Source of the DNA: Vicugna vicugna
Taxonomy: Eukaryota
Direction of reading: 5' to 3'
Assembly: GCA_013265495.1 (NCBI GenBank)
Contig: MU058687.1
Coordinates: forward strand, 682,001-746,000
DNA length: 64,000 bases
Shown one piece after another: positions 1 to 11,840 of the stretch (its first letter is position 1; each line of letters starts with the position of its first letter). Both the position numbers and the translations under genes were made by a program. The notes beneath the pieces were generated by a model. The model had not been told where the DNA came from, searched no databases, and worked only from the letters and a program-made list of their open reading frames with translations.

Positions 1-670
1 AGATGTTCTCTTCAGTTGTTTACTGTTCTTATTTTTATTGTTGTGTCTTGGTTTTAGTTTTTGTTTTGATTTGAGTGGGTTGGCTGGGCCCCCTTGCTGA
101 TGTTGGAAGCTGTATGTGTGGGGATCTGAAGGGGGGGTTGGTTAGCTAAATCTGCTTTCAGCTTTTCCTGGGGACAAAAGGAGTATTGTAGCCTGGCCAT
201 CTGTCCGATTGGGCAGAATATGTCTTCAGTTCCTTTTGGGGGTTGGCACCCTCCTGACTCAAAGAGATTTCCCAAAAGAACATTAGAAATCAAGTGTGGA
301 GCAGGTCAGCGGCTTCTGCCTGGCGGCCCTAAGGGAGAGGGTGTCAGGCTCAGTGTGAGTGGGAGCAGGGACCTGTCTGTATAGGAAGAACCAAGACTGG
401 CCTCCGAGGGAAGGTCCTGAGCCAGATTGCTGAGGGCTGGCCCATCTCCTGGCTGGGAGAGAGGGCCTTGGGTCTCTGCTTGCTGGTGCTTGGCCCATCT
501 GCATGGACCCTGCAGTCCTCAGCCAGCCTGGCTGGCTCTTGGGGACGCCTGTCTTTCTGTTGAGCCTCTCCTTAAAGCCTGTGCTCCATCTGCAGTGATG
601 GACCACACAAGGCCAGGCAGGAGAGAGACTGAGTTTGCGTTGTCCAAGAGTGAAGTTGGAAAATCAAAGA

Positions 671-720
671 AATAAAGTGATATGGTGCTCACAGCTCTTG
701 GTTTCTGGTATTTGTTTTGC
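671..720 (+). terminator. Candidate plus-strand poly(A) signal (AATAAA + CA + GU/U-rich element); possibly the end of the upstream neighbour gene
   Basis: AATAAA at 671-676, CACA at ~690-693, and ttggtttctggtatttgttttg at 698-719. Confidence 0.4.
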
Positions 721-1199
721 CATATGTGACTGCCTGTTCCCACGTTTCCCTTTGGTTCAAGGGTACTGAGAGTGATCAAGTCTCTCCCTTGTTGCTCCCA
801 GTTCCAAGGCTTGGAGGATGGAGGTGATTACTCTGGGGATTCTGCTTAGAATTGGATGTTGACTTTGAGTGTTCTTCCAGCTGGGGGCAGGGCTATGGCT
901 GCCTGGAAAGATACTTCCCAACACTGGGAGAAAACTGTCCAACTCAGTGGGCTCAGAGGCCAGGCCAGCATGAGCGTCCATCTGTGTCAGGCTTCTGTTT
1001 AGTCCTTGCAATGCACCAGGCAGGCGAGACCCAGCCATAGGTAAGGAAACCGAGCCTCAGCGTGGTTCACTTGCATGCCCCCTCCAGCGGGGCTGAGTGT
1101 TAAGGTCAGGCCTTTGCTTATTGGGATGTGACATCCTTGAGGAAAGGCCATCCTTAGGCCCTTTTTGCCTGTGTCTAGGTATCCTGTCCTCCTCCTGGC

Positions 1200-2300
1200 C
1201 TTGGGGAGTCATTCTTGGTTCTGCTATTTTTTCACCCCCATGTCCAATCCATCAGCAAGTCCTGTTGACTCTGACTCTAAGTATGCCCTCTATCCTCCCC
1301 TTCACGCTGCTGCCATCACCATCTCTCCTGGCTCACATCTCAGTTTCCTACCTGCCTCTTCTCTGCCCCATACTATCCATTCTCCAGAGGGCAGCCTGAG
1401 AGATCTTTAAGTGAAATCTGATTGTCACTTTTCCTGTCTAAAATGTGTCAATGGCTTCCCTTCACTCTTAGAATTCTTTGTGCTGCCTTACAAAGTCCTT
1501 TGTAAACTGGCCCCTGACTTCCTACTTCCTGCCTCTCTTGCCTTTACCCACCACATCCAGCCACACTGGCTGCCCCTGATCTTGAATGAGCTACACTGAC
1601 TCTTGCTTTTGTGTTTGTTCCTTTGGCCTAGACAGTGTCTTTCCCTGTCATCTTCACAGGGAAGGCTCTGTACCATTCAGATCTGAGTCACTACCACATA
1701 TCCCTTCTGTGTTCTCTACGTGTGCTTAGTCCCATCTGTTTTTGTTGTTTATTTGCTTATTTGATTGTCCCCTCTCCCTTCCCCCGTTTCGGTCATAAAC
1801 TCCATGAAAAGCAGGGCTCTCCCCTGACTAGCTTACACCACTGTATTCTCAGCAGGTAGATGAGTTTCTGACACACAGTAGGTGCTACATTTTGTTGAAA
1901 GAAGGAAGGAATGAAATGGGACCACTATGATTTTCTGCTGTTACACTCTGGCATTTGTTTTTATCAAGTCTAATCCTAAATATTCCTCATGGGTCAGTTT
2001 TCTCCATCCTTGCAGCTACCGTCTAATCTAGGCCAGCGGCTCCTCTCATCTGTAATATTTGAGTGGTTTCCAAATGGACTCTGCCTCCACTCAAACTATT
2101 CCAGACAAAGGCTAGAATGACCTCATGAAAACCTAAATCTGGCTCATTGCCAGATTTCCTATTGCCTTTAGCACAAAACCCAAACTCTTAAGGCCTACCA
2201 ATCTGATCCCTACCAACCTCTACATTTATTTTTCTCCACTGACCCCTCTCGCAGTAGCCCTCATCCAGACTAATCTTGCCCCTACCTGCTTCTCCTCTCC
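1200..2300 (-). mobile_element. L2 fragments
   Basis: ccaatccatcagcaagtcctg; cacagtaggtgct...tgttgaaagaaggaaggaatgaa (L2-type terminus). Strand tentative. Confidence 0.65.
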
Positions 2301-2458
2301 CATAGTGTAACCAAGCAGCAGTGTCATGGCATTGTCATTGCTTGTCTTTCTCGGGTCTTCACTGAAACCCTCCGCCCCCGCCCCCTGCCCAATGTTGTCT
2401 CTTGGTAGTCCCTTATTGTTTAGTGAAGGGGTTGCAGGAGTCATTTTCCTGCCTGGTC

Positions 2459-2491
2459 TGCGATGGCCACCTATGGCCAGCAGGTGGCAAT
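2459..2491 (+). promoter_or_regulatory. CTCF motif (core plus possible upstream module)
   Basis: TGGCCAGCAGGTGGCAAT at 2474-2491 matches CCASYAGRKGGCR; TGCGATGGC lies 6 nt upstream. Confidence 0.65.
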
Positions 2492-3576
2492 CTGGTGCAA
2501 CAAGAGACAGTCTGTGGGTTCCCAGTAGGCATAGCCCTATCTGGCTGTTTTCAACCCCAGCATACCCACCTTACTGCATTAGCTGTCAGAGGGTGGCATC
2601 AACCTCCCTCCTGAGAACTGGATGGGGCTCTGGATTCTCCTGTTTGCTCCCTGTACCCTCAGAACTAAAGCAGATCTGATGCCTAGAGCAGTGTCTGACG
2701 ATGGGGTTTTAAAAAACACCTGGATCTCAGTCCCTGGGGGAGTGAGGAATTAAAAGTGTGGACTCCTACTGATTCTTAGACGTTGGAGAGGCAGTATATG
2801 CCATGAGCGAGTTACTCAACCTTGCTGTGCCTCACTTTCTCCACCTATAAAATGGGGATTTATAGTAATGCCTATAGTATAGTACCTTGCACATAGCAAG
2901 TGCTAAGTGAGCATTTGTCATTGGTAACAATGATGTCCAGTTTGGGAACCCCTGGGAATCCAATTCTTGTTTCCTAGGAGGAAGCTAACGCCTGAGGAGA
3001 CTCTTGCTTGAGGTTACCCTCTAAAGACACTTTTGTCCCAAGACTGAAAAGGCCCTTTGGCCAGAGGCCAGGACTGAACCTAAATCCATAGGGAGATATT
3101 TTAGCTTCTGTTGGAAAAAATTAAGAAAAATGGTATGTCAATATTTATTGATTTGGAGAAGGTTTTATAAGTATAGTTAAATTATTGTTCTGTAGAAAAA
3201 CTCTTTTCTTTATAATCTGCTTAGAAAGGCAGAAATACCTAAGCAGTGACCATATTTCTAGTATGATTTCCCCTCCCCAACCCCTACTTCATGCTGATTT
3301 TGAAGTTGACATTTGTTGAAATTATTTGTATTTTTTGGGTGCCATTTTCTATCTCAGATGCAAATGTGGAAAGAAATGAACAATGTTTGAATAAAGGGGG
3401 AAAACATTTTATGAGATTAGCTTTTCACATTCTGTACTGTTATAAGCTAACAATAGGCTCTAAAATTTTGAATATAAAATCTTCACCCTAAAAAAGAAAT
3501 CAAGTGAAACATGAATAATTAAAAAAAATTAAATATCCATGTATTTATCCCCTGGGGGCAGGGGTCCGGTGTTTTG

Positions 3577-3703
3577 TTTTTTTGTTTGTTTGTTTGGGGG
3601 GCATGATTAGGTTTATTTATTTTTAATGGAGGTACTGGGGATTGAACCCAGGACCTCGTGCATGCCTAGCATGTACTTTACCACTGAGCTATACCTTCCC
3701 CAC
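3577..3703 (-). mobile_element. tRNA-Ala-derived SINE (camelid Vic-1-like)
   Basis: Reverse complement reads GGGGAAGGTATAGCTCAGTGGTAAAG...GGTTCAATCCCC (A and B boxes) with an A-rich tail. Imperfect 18-bp TSD at 3559-3576 / 3704-3721. Confidence 0.85.
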
Positions 3704-6099
3704 CAGGGGTCCTGTATTTTGGTGGAGAGTATCTTGTCTACCTTGATGCATGAAGTTGCTCCTCAAATATTTCTGAAGTCCAGCACTCAGGCCCTTGGGT
3801 GGCTCTTGGGCTCTGAGCATTCATCTCATATTTCAACTACTCCTACTGAATACTCTATCCTCACCTTAATCTCACCAAACACCCATCTGGGCTCATTCCC
3901 CTCTTCTCTACCAACCTGCTCTTCTCTCAGTATTTTTCACCCTGGTTGCTGCCAGAGCCATATTATCAGATGAACTGGCCATAAAGCTAGATGTCATCCT
4001 AGAGTTTTCTCCACCTCCCCCATCTCCATCTCAGCAGGACTCTACGAACATTGCAGGTTTCACATGGTTTCACACTGCCGGATTATCACAGGGAAGAGAA
4101 TTTGATTGGTACAGGCCATCCTCATCCTTTCCTCTGAACACAGCTCTCATGCCAGGTCACATCTGAGGCCGCTCAAGTCTGGTCCAATCATCTGTGGCTG
4201 AGGTGCTGGATCAGCCTTGCTCACCAAAGGGGTCTGGCAGATGTCATAGGCTTCTATCCAGCAACCCAGGATAGGCTGAGTCTTGTGCTGTAAGCAAAGG
4301 ACACAGAGCCATTTGGCCTCAACGTTTGTCCTTGCAAAGGTCTCAGTTTATGGGCAGCTGTGGTCTCACATAATATGCTAGAGGCTTTAATAAGGAATGC
4401 ACAAGAAGTGCAGAGGGGTCAGAAGGAAGCATATGCTGACTTTGGTATCTCATAGCTCATCCTGACCCCCTCCCGACTTGTAGCTTCCGAGGGCCGCCTC
4501 TTCTCTAAGAAATGTAGGCTGCTGAGGGTCTCGGAAATGCCTCAGTTGCTCATTAGATAATGCTGGTCGCTGGTTGTAAAACACACCAGTTTGGTGGTTG
4601 TCACGGGAGGATGGGAAGCTGGGGGACAGGGGCCCTGACACAAGGCAGTTGTTAAGGAAGGCAGAGAAGCAATGCTTGGGGAGTGTGGGCCTTGGGAGTC
4701 TGCTGTGGCCCTGGGCGCTTTCTGCTCACCTCACTGGCCAGACTTCTAGCAGGAAGATTCTAGTATGATTTCCCCTCCCCAACCCAGGGTGCATATAGTG
4801 TGTCACTAGTAGGTTCCTAAATATTCCCATTATAGGTTTATCTCATGAAAGGGGAGGAGGAAGCTTTCAGGGAGATGAGAAGCAGCAGAAAGTAGGTTTA
4901 ACAGTATAAAAAATTTTTTTTCCCATGGAAAATGACTTTGAAAATAGCATGAAATCCGCTTAACTCTAGTGGCTCCTCCCTGCCAGGCAGAGAGAGCTGG
5001 AAGGGGACTTAGATCGGAGGGCAGCCAGGAGGAGGTGGGACAGACAGCTGCTCACGTGTGGCCCTCCACCTTAGGGGCCACCGGGGTGTCCAAGGACAGG
5101 AGGCTGCAGTTGGTCCTCCCCGATGCTTCACCGATGCCAGACAGCAGCCCCAGGATGCAGGCTGGTGGGAGGCCAGAGTCCGGGAGGAGGGAAAGCACAG
5201 AATGTGGGGAGTAGGGAGGCCTTTGGAGAGCACCTGAGTGCCTTTGTGTTCTGCCTGCCCCCAGCCCAGCCAGGCTCTGAGGGGTCACTGCCGTTCTGTG
5301 GCTTGTGTGTTGACAGTCAGCCAAACTCAGTTTCGATGCCTCCTGACTTTGGGCAGAGTTATCTGTTGTTATTTAAGACAGAATTGGGGATAGTGAGGGG
5401 GTAAAACTAGGCTGCACTGCAGTACCCAGGACAGGTGCTGGTGGCTGTGGAGTCCAGACCTCACCCCCGTAGGGGCAGGAGGGAGGCTGGTATCTTTCGG
5501 ATATTCAGTACCTCATTTATTTATTCATTCATTCATTCAGTCCACATTTGTTGAGGCCTGGAGGTGAAGGAGAGGAAGGATACAAAGCTCGGTAAGACCT
5601 AGTGCCCCTTGGAGTTGTTTAGAAACATTGACTATATAACTGGTTCTGAATCCTAGGTTTAAAGAGTCTTTGGGCCCCAGTAAGTGTAGTTTGCAATTGT
5701 GTGTCTTCCTTCAGAATCTTCGATGATAATTCTAATTCGTTTCATTAGGGAGATGAGGATAGAGCCCTTTTACAATGATAATTTGCCATTGAAAGACATC
5801 TCGATGCAATAAGGCTCTGGTTTTTAAAGTCAGTCTCTCCAACCAGGGGCTTGTTATAAGCTATAAGCTGTAACAGAGGGAGGCAGTGATGCAATGGGGC
5901 ACCAGGAAGCAGCCTGCCTCTGCTTGAGGACTGGAGAAAGGTTTCTGGAAAAGCCTCTTAAAAGGCTCATGGGAGCACCCTGCGAGGGTGAGGAGGAAAG
6001 GAAGGAACTGAGGATAATGAAAGGCCTGGAGCTGGGAAAACCCCCAAGAGAGCAGGATTTTTGACACAACCACTTGGCCCCGGCACTTTGATGAGGCCC

Positions 6100-6230
6100 C
6101 AAACCAGATAAAATATCTGCTTCCTGAAAATTACTATGTCACATTGGTAGCTTGAAATTGGCCATGATGGAGTATTTCCACCAAAAAAACTGGCAAATCC
6201 TAGAAATCAGCCAGAGGGGGTGGAGCACCC
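6100..6230. mobile_element. MER63-like hAT fragment
   Basis: ttggtagcttgaaattggccatgatggagtattt...tggcaaatcctagaaatcag resembles the recalled MER63 consensus. Confidence 0.5.
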
Positions 6231-6239
6231 CTAGACTCT

Positions 6240-6590
6240 CTGTGACATCCCTGTGGTCTTTCCTCTCCCTGGAACACACTTCCCTAGATCTTTACAAAAC
6301 TGGCTCTTGTCAAAGCTCTTCAAGTCAAAGTCATGTCACCTGTTCAGAAAGGCCCTCCTGGAACCCTTCCCTCATGTGGGCCCCGGTCACTATTACCACG
6401 TTCCTTCACAGCTGTCATCACCATCTGAAATAGTTGTTTTCTGGATCATTGTCTGTCTCCCCCACTGAATGCAAGCCCCCAGAGAGCAGGAACTCATCTG
6501 TCTGTTCACTGCTTTATCCCTCTGACCAGAACAGGGCCTGGCACATAGTCGGTGCACACAAATATTTATTGAATTAAGAAATGAGTGGGT
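6240..6590. mobile_element. L2 terminal fragment
   Basis: gcctggcacatagtcggtgcacacaaatatttattgaattaagaaatgagtg. Confidence 0.7.
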
Positions 6591-6817
6591 TTGGAGTGGG
6601 AGGCTGAGTGTTTCCCCCTGGGCCCTGTGCCAGGGACCCCCTCTGTAAGTTGCAGTGGAAAGGCTGGTGCCAGGTACTGGTCTACTCTTGGCCAGACCAC
6701 TCTGGGAATGAGAGGGAAGGAAGAGGAGGAGGAGGAAGGGGAGGAAGTCCCCTATTGGTTTGGTTGCTACTGCACTAGATGGGAATGGGCCAAACACATC
6801 AGTTCCCTGTCTTGAGG

Positions 6818-7005
6818 ATAGGAGTGCAGATTTAACAAATAAAAATGAGATATCCAATTAAAATTTAATTTCAGATAAACAAATAATGTTTTAGCATAAG
6901 TATGTTCTATCCAATATTTGAGACATACTTATACTAAAAAAATTATTCATTGTTTATCTGAAATTCAGATTGAACTGAGTGTCCTGTAGGTTTTCTGGCA
7001 ACCCT
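6818..7005. mobile_element. MER53-like palindromic hAT MITE
   Basis: cagatttaacaaataaaaat...ctggcaaccct, with internal inverted arms ttcagataaacaa / ttgtttatctgaa and ataagtatgt / acatacttat. Confidence 0.8.
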
Positions 7006-7089
7006 ACTTGGAGAGTCTGCCATGATGTGCTGGTGAGTGCTCCCTCAGCCCTCTGGTCTCATTAATGTCCTCTCTCCTCCCAGCCAAGA

Positions 7090-7346
7090 GCTGTTGTCAG
7101 CTCTCTCAGGCTGTGGGAGGTGGCAGGAACCCCCTCTTTCTGGCTTGCCTTCTTGCTGTATCTTCACTTAGCAGAGAGAGGAGAGGGAGCTTTCCCAGGT
7201 TTCTTCTTATAGGGGCACTGATCCCATCCTGAAGGCTCATTTTCATGACCTAATTACTTCCCAGAGGCCCCACCTTCAAATACCATCACAGTGATGGTGA
7301 GGCTTCACCATATGAATTTTGGGAAGACACAATTCAGTCCATAGCA
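7090..7346 (-). mobile_element. MLT1A-like MaLR LTR fragment
   Basis: Reverse complement begins TGCTATGGACTGAATTGTGTC, the MLT1 5' end; contains catgacctaattacttccc. Confidence 0.75.
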
Positions 7347-7349
7347 CCA

Positions 7350-8260
7350 CATGACCCAGAAAATCCACTCCTAGGTATATATACCCCAAAATTGAAAACA
7401 TACTAAAACAGATACTTGTATGTATGTGAATATTCAAAGCAGTATTCACAACAGCCCAAAGGTGGAAGCGACCCAAGTATCTAGCAACAGATGAATGGAT
7501 AAACACAATGTGGTACATCTATACAGTAGAATATTGTTCACCCATAAAGATGGATGAAGTTCTGATACATCAAACAACATGGTTGACCTTGAAAGCATGC
7601 TAAGTGAAATAAGCCAGTCACAAAAGGACAAGCATTCTGTGACCCCACTTATGTGAGGTATCTAGAATAGGTAAACTCACAGAGACAGAAAGTAAATTAG
7701 AAGTTAGCAGGGCTGGGGTAGGTGGGGATAATGCAGGGGAGTTAGTTATTGCTTAATGGTGCCTGAGTTTCTGTTTGGGGTGTTGAGTTTGGAAATAGGG
7801 GTGATGTTTTCACATCACTGTGAGTGTAATTAATGCCATTGAATTGTACACTTAAAATGATTAAAATGGAAAATATTACATTATATGTACATTTTACTAC
7901 TAATAAATATTTGTTGAAGATATTATGTACTGATACATGTTACAATTTGAATATACCCCAAAAATATGCTAAATGACAGAAGCCATACACAAAAGGTTAT
8001 CTATTGTATGATTCTTTTTATATAATATATCTAAAATAGGGACATAGGGACAAAAATGTAGGTTGATGGTTACCAGGGGAAGGGAGGAAGGGGAAACAGG
8101 GAGTGATTGCTTAATGGGTTCTGGGTATTCTTCTAGAGAGATGAAAAAGTTTTGAAGCTAGGGTGAGGTGGTGAACACTGTGAGTGCACTACATGCCACT
8201 CAACTGGACATTTTAAAACGGCCGTTTGCAGTGTGAGCTTCACCTCAACTTAAAAGAATA
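7350..8260 (+). mobile_element. Two stacked old L1 (L1MB/L1MC-like) 3' fragments
   Basis: L1 3' motifs (gatgaatggataaacacaatgtgg; ctaagtgaaataagccagtcacaaaaggac) recur at ~7920-8260. Confidence 0.8.
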
Positions 8261-8889
8261 TTGAGCAACCCTGTATGGGGCCCCTCCCCAACCCTGTGCC
8301 TCGTCCTCCCCTGGTCTACAGGGTGGGACTTCTATCCAGGAACTATAGAATCAGATTCAGTTCTTATTTCTAAGAACATGGCCCATCACCAACGGTAGCC
8401 CCTAAAAACCCTTCTCTGGGTCCTCAGGAGCTGCTGGGAAACAGGACCTCCTGACTGTCTCTTGCCTAATTCAGTGATACTTGGATTCATTCATTTATTA
8501 TGTATCAATTGTGGATCAAATTAGGTCATGGCCTTTAGGTTGCACAAAACCTGCGTGGGTGAGGAGATGGGAACAGATCAGGTATACAAACAGACAATAA
8601 TGGCATGCAACATTTACCCTGGAAGTCTGTGCTAAGTGGAAGGTGTGATTAAAAGTGCCTGGAGGGGAGAGGCGGCTTCTGAACGGTGAGGAGGAGGAAG
8701 AGGAGGGTGGGAGAGTTCCTGAGAGAGGAAAGGGTATCCTAGGAGCAAAATCACCTGGAATAAAGGGCTGTTGCCCAGTGCCCCTGGAAGTGGAGTGGTG
8801 TGGGCAGAGGATAAGACCAGAGCAGATGAGGGGCCAGGCTGTGGAGGGCAGGCAGGTGGGGGATTTGGGCACATCTCGTAGACCACAGT

Positions 8890-9040
8890 GGACTGTGATC
8901 TGGGGTGTCCCTCAGGGGCTGTGGGCCTGCCTTGAGGTTGTGTATAAAATTGCTTGTGCAGGTCTGCGTTTTTCTGGGGTGGGTCCTCAACTGCCATCAT
9001 ATTCTCAAAGGGGTCTGTGTCCCCAAGGAGGTTAAGAAGT
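8890..9040. mobile_element. hAT-Charlie-type MITE fragment
   Basis: Ends in attctcaaaggggtctgtgtccccaaggaggttaagaa, a Charlie-family terminus. Confidence 0.5.
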
Positions 9041-10308
9041 TAACTGTTAGCCGAGCTGATTATTGTTGCTCTCCTCCGGCCCCCCTGCTTCTAGCCAGGT
9101 CTGATTCCTCTCCACTCCCCAGCCTGGTGCTGGTTCCAGGCTCCGGCTTACAGCCTGAACCACCTATCCACCCCCACCTCCTATCACCCCTCTCCATCCG
9201 TGGCTTCCAGGAGCTGTTCCCAGCAGCCTTCACCTTGGGCATATGGACAAGGAAATCTTTAGTGTGAATTCCTAAGGGCAGATTCACTAAGCGATTGTTC
9301 TTGTACTGTTGATGGCTACCTCTGTGTGCGTACTGCAGTGCCCAGGCCAGTACATGGTGGACTATTCGTTGAATAGAAATCTTAGATGTGGAGTTCTGAG
9401 CTGGAAAGGGCCTCAGAGGTCACTAGTTATTATTTCACATGTCTATGGTGGGTTCACAGATGCGCAAATGGGGGTCTCTGCCCTTGAGGCACTCACAGAG
9501 GAATAAGGAGGCATGTGTGCAAACGGTTCCAGCCAGCCAGGTGCTTTAATGAGGGCACGTGTGAAATGCAGTAGGCGCATTTTATAGGTGTTGAAACTGA
9601 AGCTCACAAGCCTAAGTGATCTTACCGTGGCCACCAGTGTGGACTGTGGGTCTCTTTCCCCCTTTAGACTACACGTTTTTGGGGAGTCAGGTTCTGTCAC
9701 ATCTGTTTTACATCTGTTGTGAGCCTGAGCTCCCCTCCCCCTGCAGTCAATCTGTGCTAGTCATTATGACATACCAGCCTTGAAATTTGCATTTTTATAC
9801 CTAATCTCATTTAAATATCCCAACACCCCTTAGGGTAGGTTGTTGCCACTTGACAGCAATGTTCCCCCGTCCCCCTCCTCCAGACCTGCTGCCTCCTTGC
9901 GGAACCCACGTTGACTCCATTCTGGCCTCTGGCTGGCAGTACTGCTTGGTGAGGTGTGACCAAGAAGGCCACCTCAGTGCCCCAGGCAGACAGTGTACCA
10001 GGTGGCTAAGGGTTTGACCTCTGGACCCAGGATCAAAGCTCAGATGCCAATGCCACCACTATTACCTATGTGACCGTGAGCAGTGAATTTTGCCTCATCT
10101 GAATGCATCATAGTGATAGTCTCTACTGCAGACAGCTTGAGGGTGAGAGTGAAAGATAAAGTCATCCAATGCCTAGACTGGTGCCTGGCCCACTGTGAGT
10201 GTCCAGAGATGGAGGCTGTTTTTGTGGGCCCAGCTACATTACTTTATATAGAATCATGGGATCAGGGCCTGGAACCTGCAAGCGCCTCTTTTGCTGTACT
10301 GTCCATAT

Positions 10309-10707
10309 CTTTTTTTTTTATCTTAAAACTGTTTTCTTTTCGTATGATTTTTAAAGGTTACTTTCCATTTACAGTTATAAAATATTGGTTATATTCCCTG
10401 TGTTGTACAATACATCCTTGAGTCATCTTACACACAGTGGCTTGTACCTCTCATTCCCTCACTGCTATGTTGTCCCTCTTCCCTTCCCCACTGATAATCA
10501 CTAGTTTGTTCTCTATACCTGTGAGTCTGCTTCTTTTTTTGTTTTGTTCACTAGTTGTATTTTTTTTAGGTTCCACATATAAGTGATATCATACAGTATT
10601 TGTCTGTCTCTGTCTGAATTATTTCACTTAGCATAATGGCCTCCAAGGCCATCCATGTTGCTGCAAACGGCAAATTTTCATTTTGTTTCATGGCTGAGTA
10701 GTATTCC

Positions 10708-10744
<37 letters not shown>

Positions 10745-11319
10745 ACCACATCTTTATTCATTCATATTTTGGTGAGGACTTAGGTTGCTTCCATATTTTG
10801 GCAATTGTAAATAATGCTTTTATGAACATTGGGGTGTATGTATCTTTTCCAATTAGTATTTTTGTTTTTGTTTTGGATATATACCTAGGAGTGGAATTCC
10901 TGAGTCAAATGAAAATTCTGTTTTCAGTTTTTTGAGTATCCTCTATATTGTTTTCCATAGTGGCTGCACCAATTTACATTCCCACCAACAGTGTACTAGG
11001 GTTCCGTTTTCTCCACATCCTTGCTAACATTTGTTATTTGTGTTCTTTTTGATCATGGCCATCCTGACAGGTGTGAGGTGATATCTCATTGTGGTTTTGA
11101 TTTGCATTTCCCTGATGATTTGTGATGCTGAGCATCTTTTCATGTGCCAGTTGGCCATCTGCATTTCCTCTGGAAAAATATCTTCAGTTCTTCTGCCCAT
11201 TTTTCACTTGGGTTGTTTGTGTTTTGATGTTGAGTTGTCTGAGCTGTTTATATAAATTGGATGTTAATCCCTTATTAGTCATATCATTTGCAAATATTTT
11301 CTCCCATTCAGTAGGTTGT
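10309..11319 (-). mobile_element. 5'-truncated LINE-1 (ORF2 end + 3' UTR) with perfect TSD
   Basis: Poly(T) at 10310; typical L1 3' sequence (catccatgttgctgcaaa, ttacattcccaccaacagtgt); 15-bp TSD ctgtactgtccatat at 10294-10308 / 11320-11334. Confidence 0.93.
10710..10742. repeat. (TG)n microsatellite within the L1 3' UTR
   Basis: About 16 TG units. Confidence 0.95.
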
Positions 11320-11422
11320 CTGTACTGTCCATATTTTATAGGCTTTTGTCTACCAAACATATTTTAGTCAGATAGTATGGTCTTATCATAGATTTGGAAA
11401 AGCTTTTAAAAATAGCTCATGG

Positions 11423-11840
11423 TATCAATGGACAAATGGATAAACAAATGTTGGTATGTCCACATGATGGAATATTATTCAGCCATAAAAAGAAATAAGC
11501 ACTGCTAAATGCTGCAGTGTGGATGCATCTTGAAAACTTCATGCTAACTGAAAGAAGCCAGACACAAATGGTCACATATTGTATGATTCCATTTATATGA
11601 AATGTTCATAATAGGTAAATCCTTAGGGAAAGAACTCAGCTTGGTGGTTGCCAGGGGCAGGAGGGGCAGGAGTGGAGAGCAGCTACTTAATGAGTATGGG
11701 GTTCATTTTGGGGGTGATGACAATGTTTTGGAACTAGATAGAGGTGGTGGTTGCACAACATTATAACGCACTATTTGCCCCTGAATTATTCACTTAAAAT
11801 GGTTAATTTTATGTAATGAGAATTTCACCTCAATAAAAAA
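11423..11840 (+). mobile_element. L1MB-like LINE-1 3' end with TSD
   Basis: aatggataaacaaatg...gaatttcacctcaataaaaaa; 15-bp TSD aaaaatagctcatgg at 11408-11422 / 11837-11851, at a TT/AAAA site. Confidence 0.88.
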
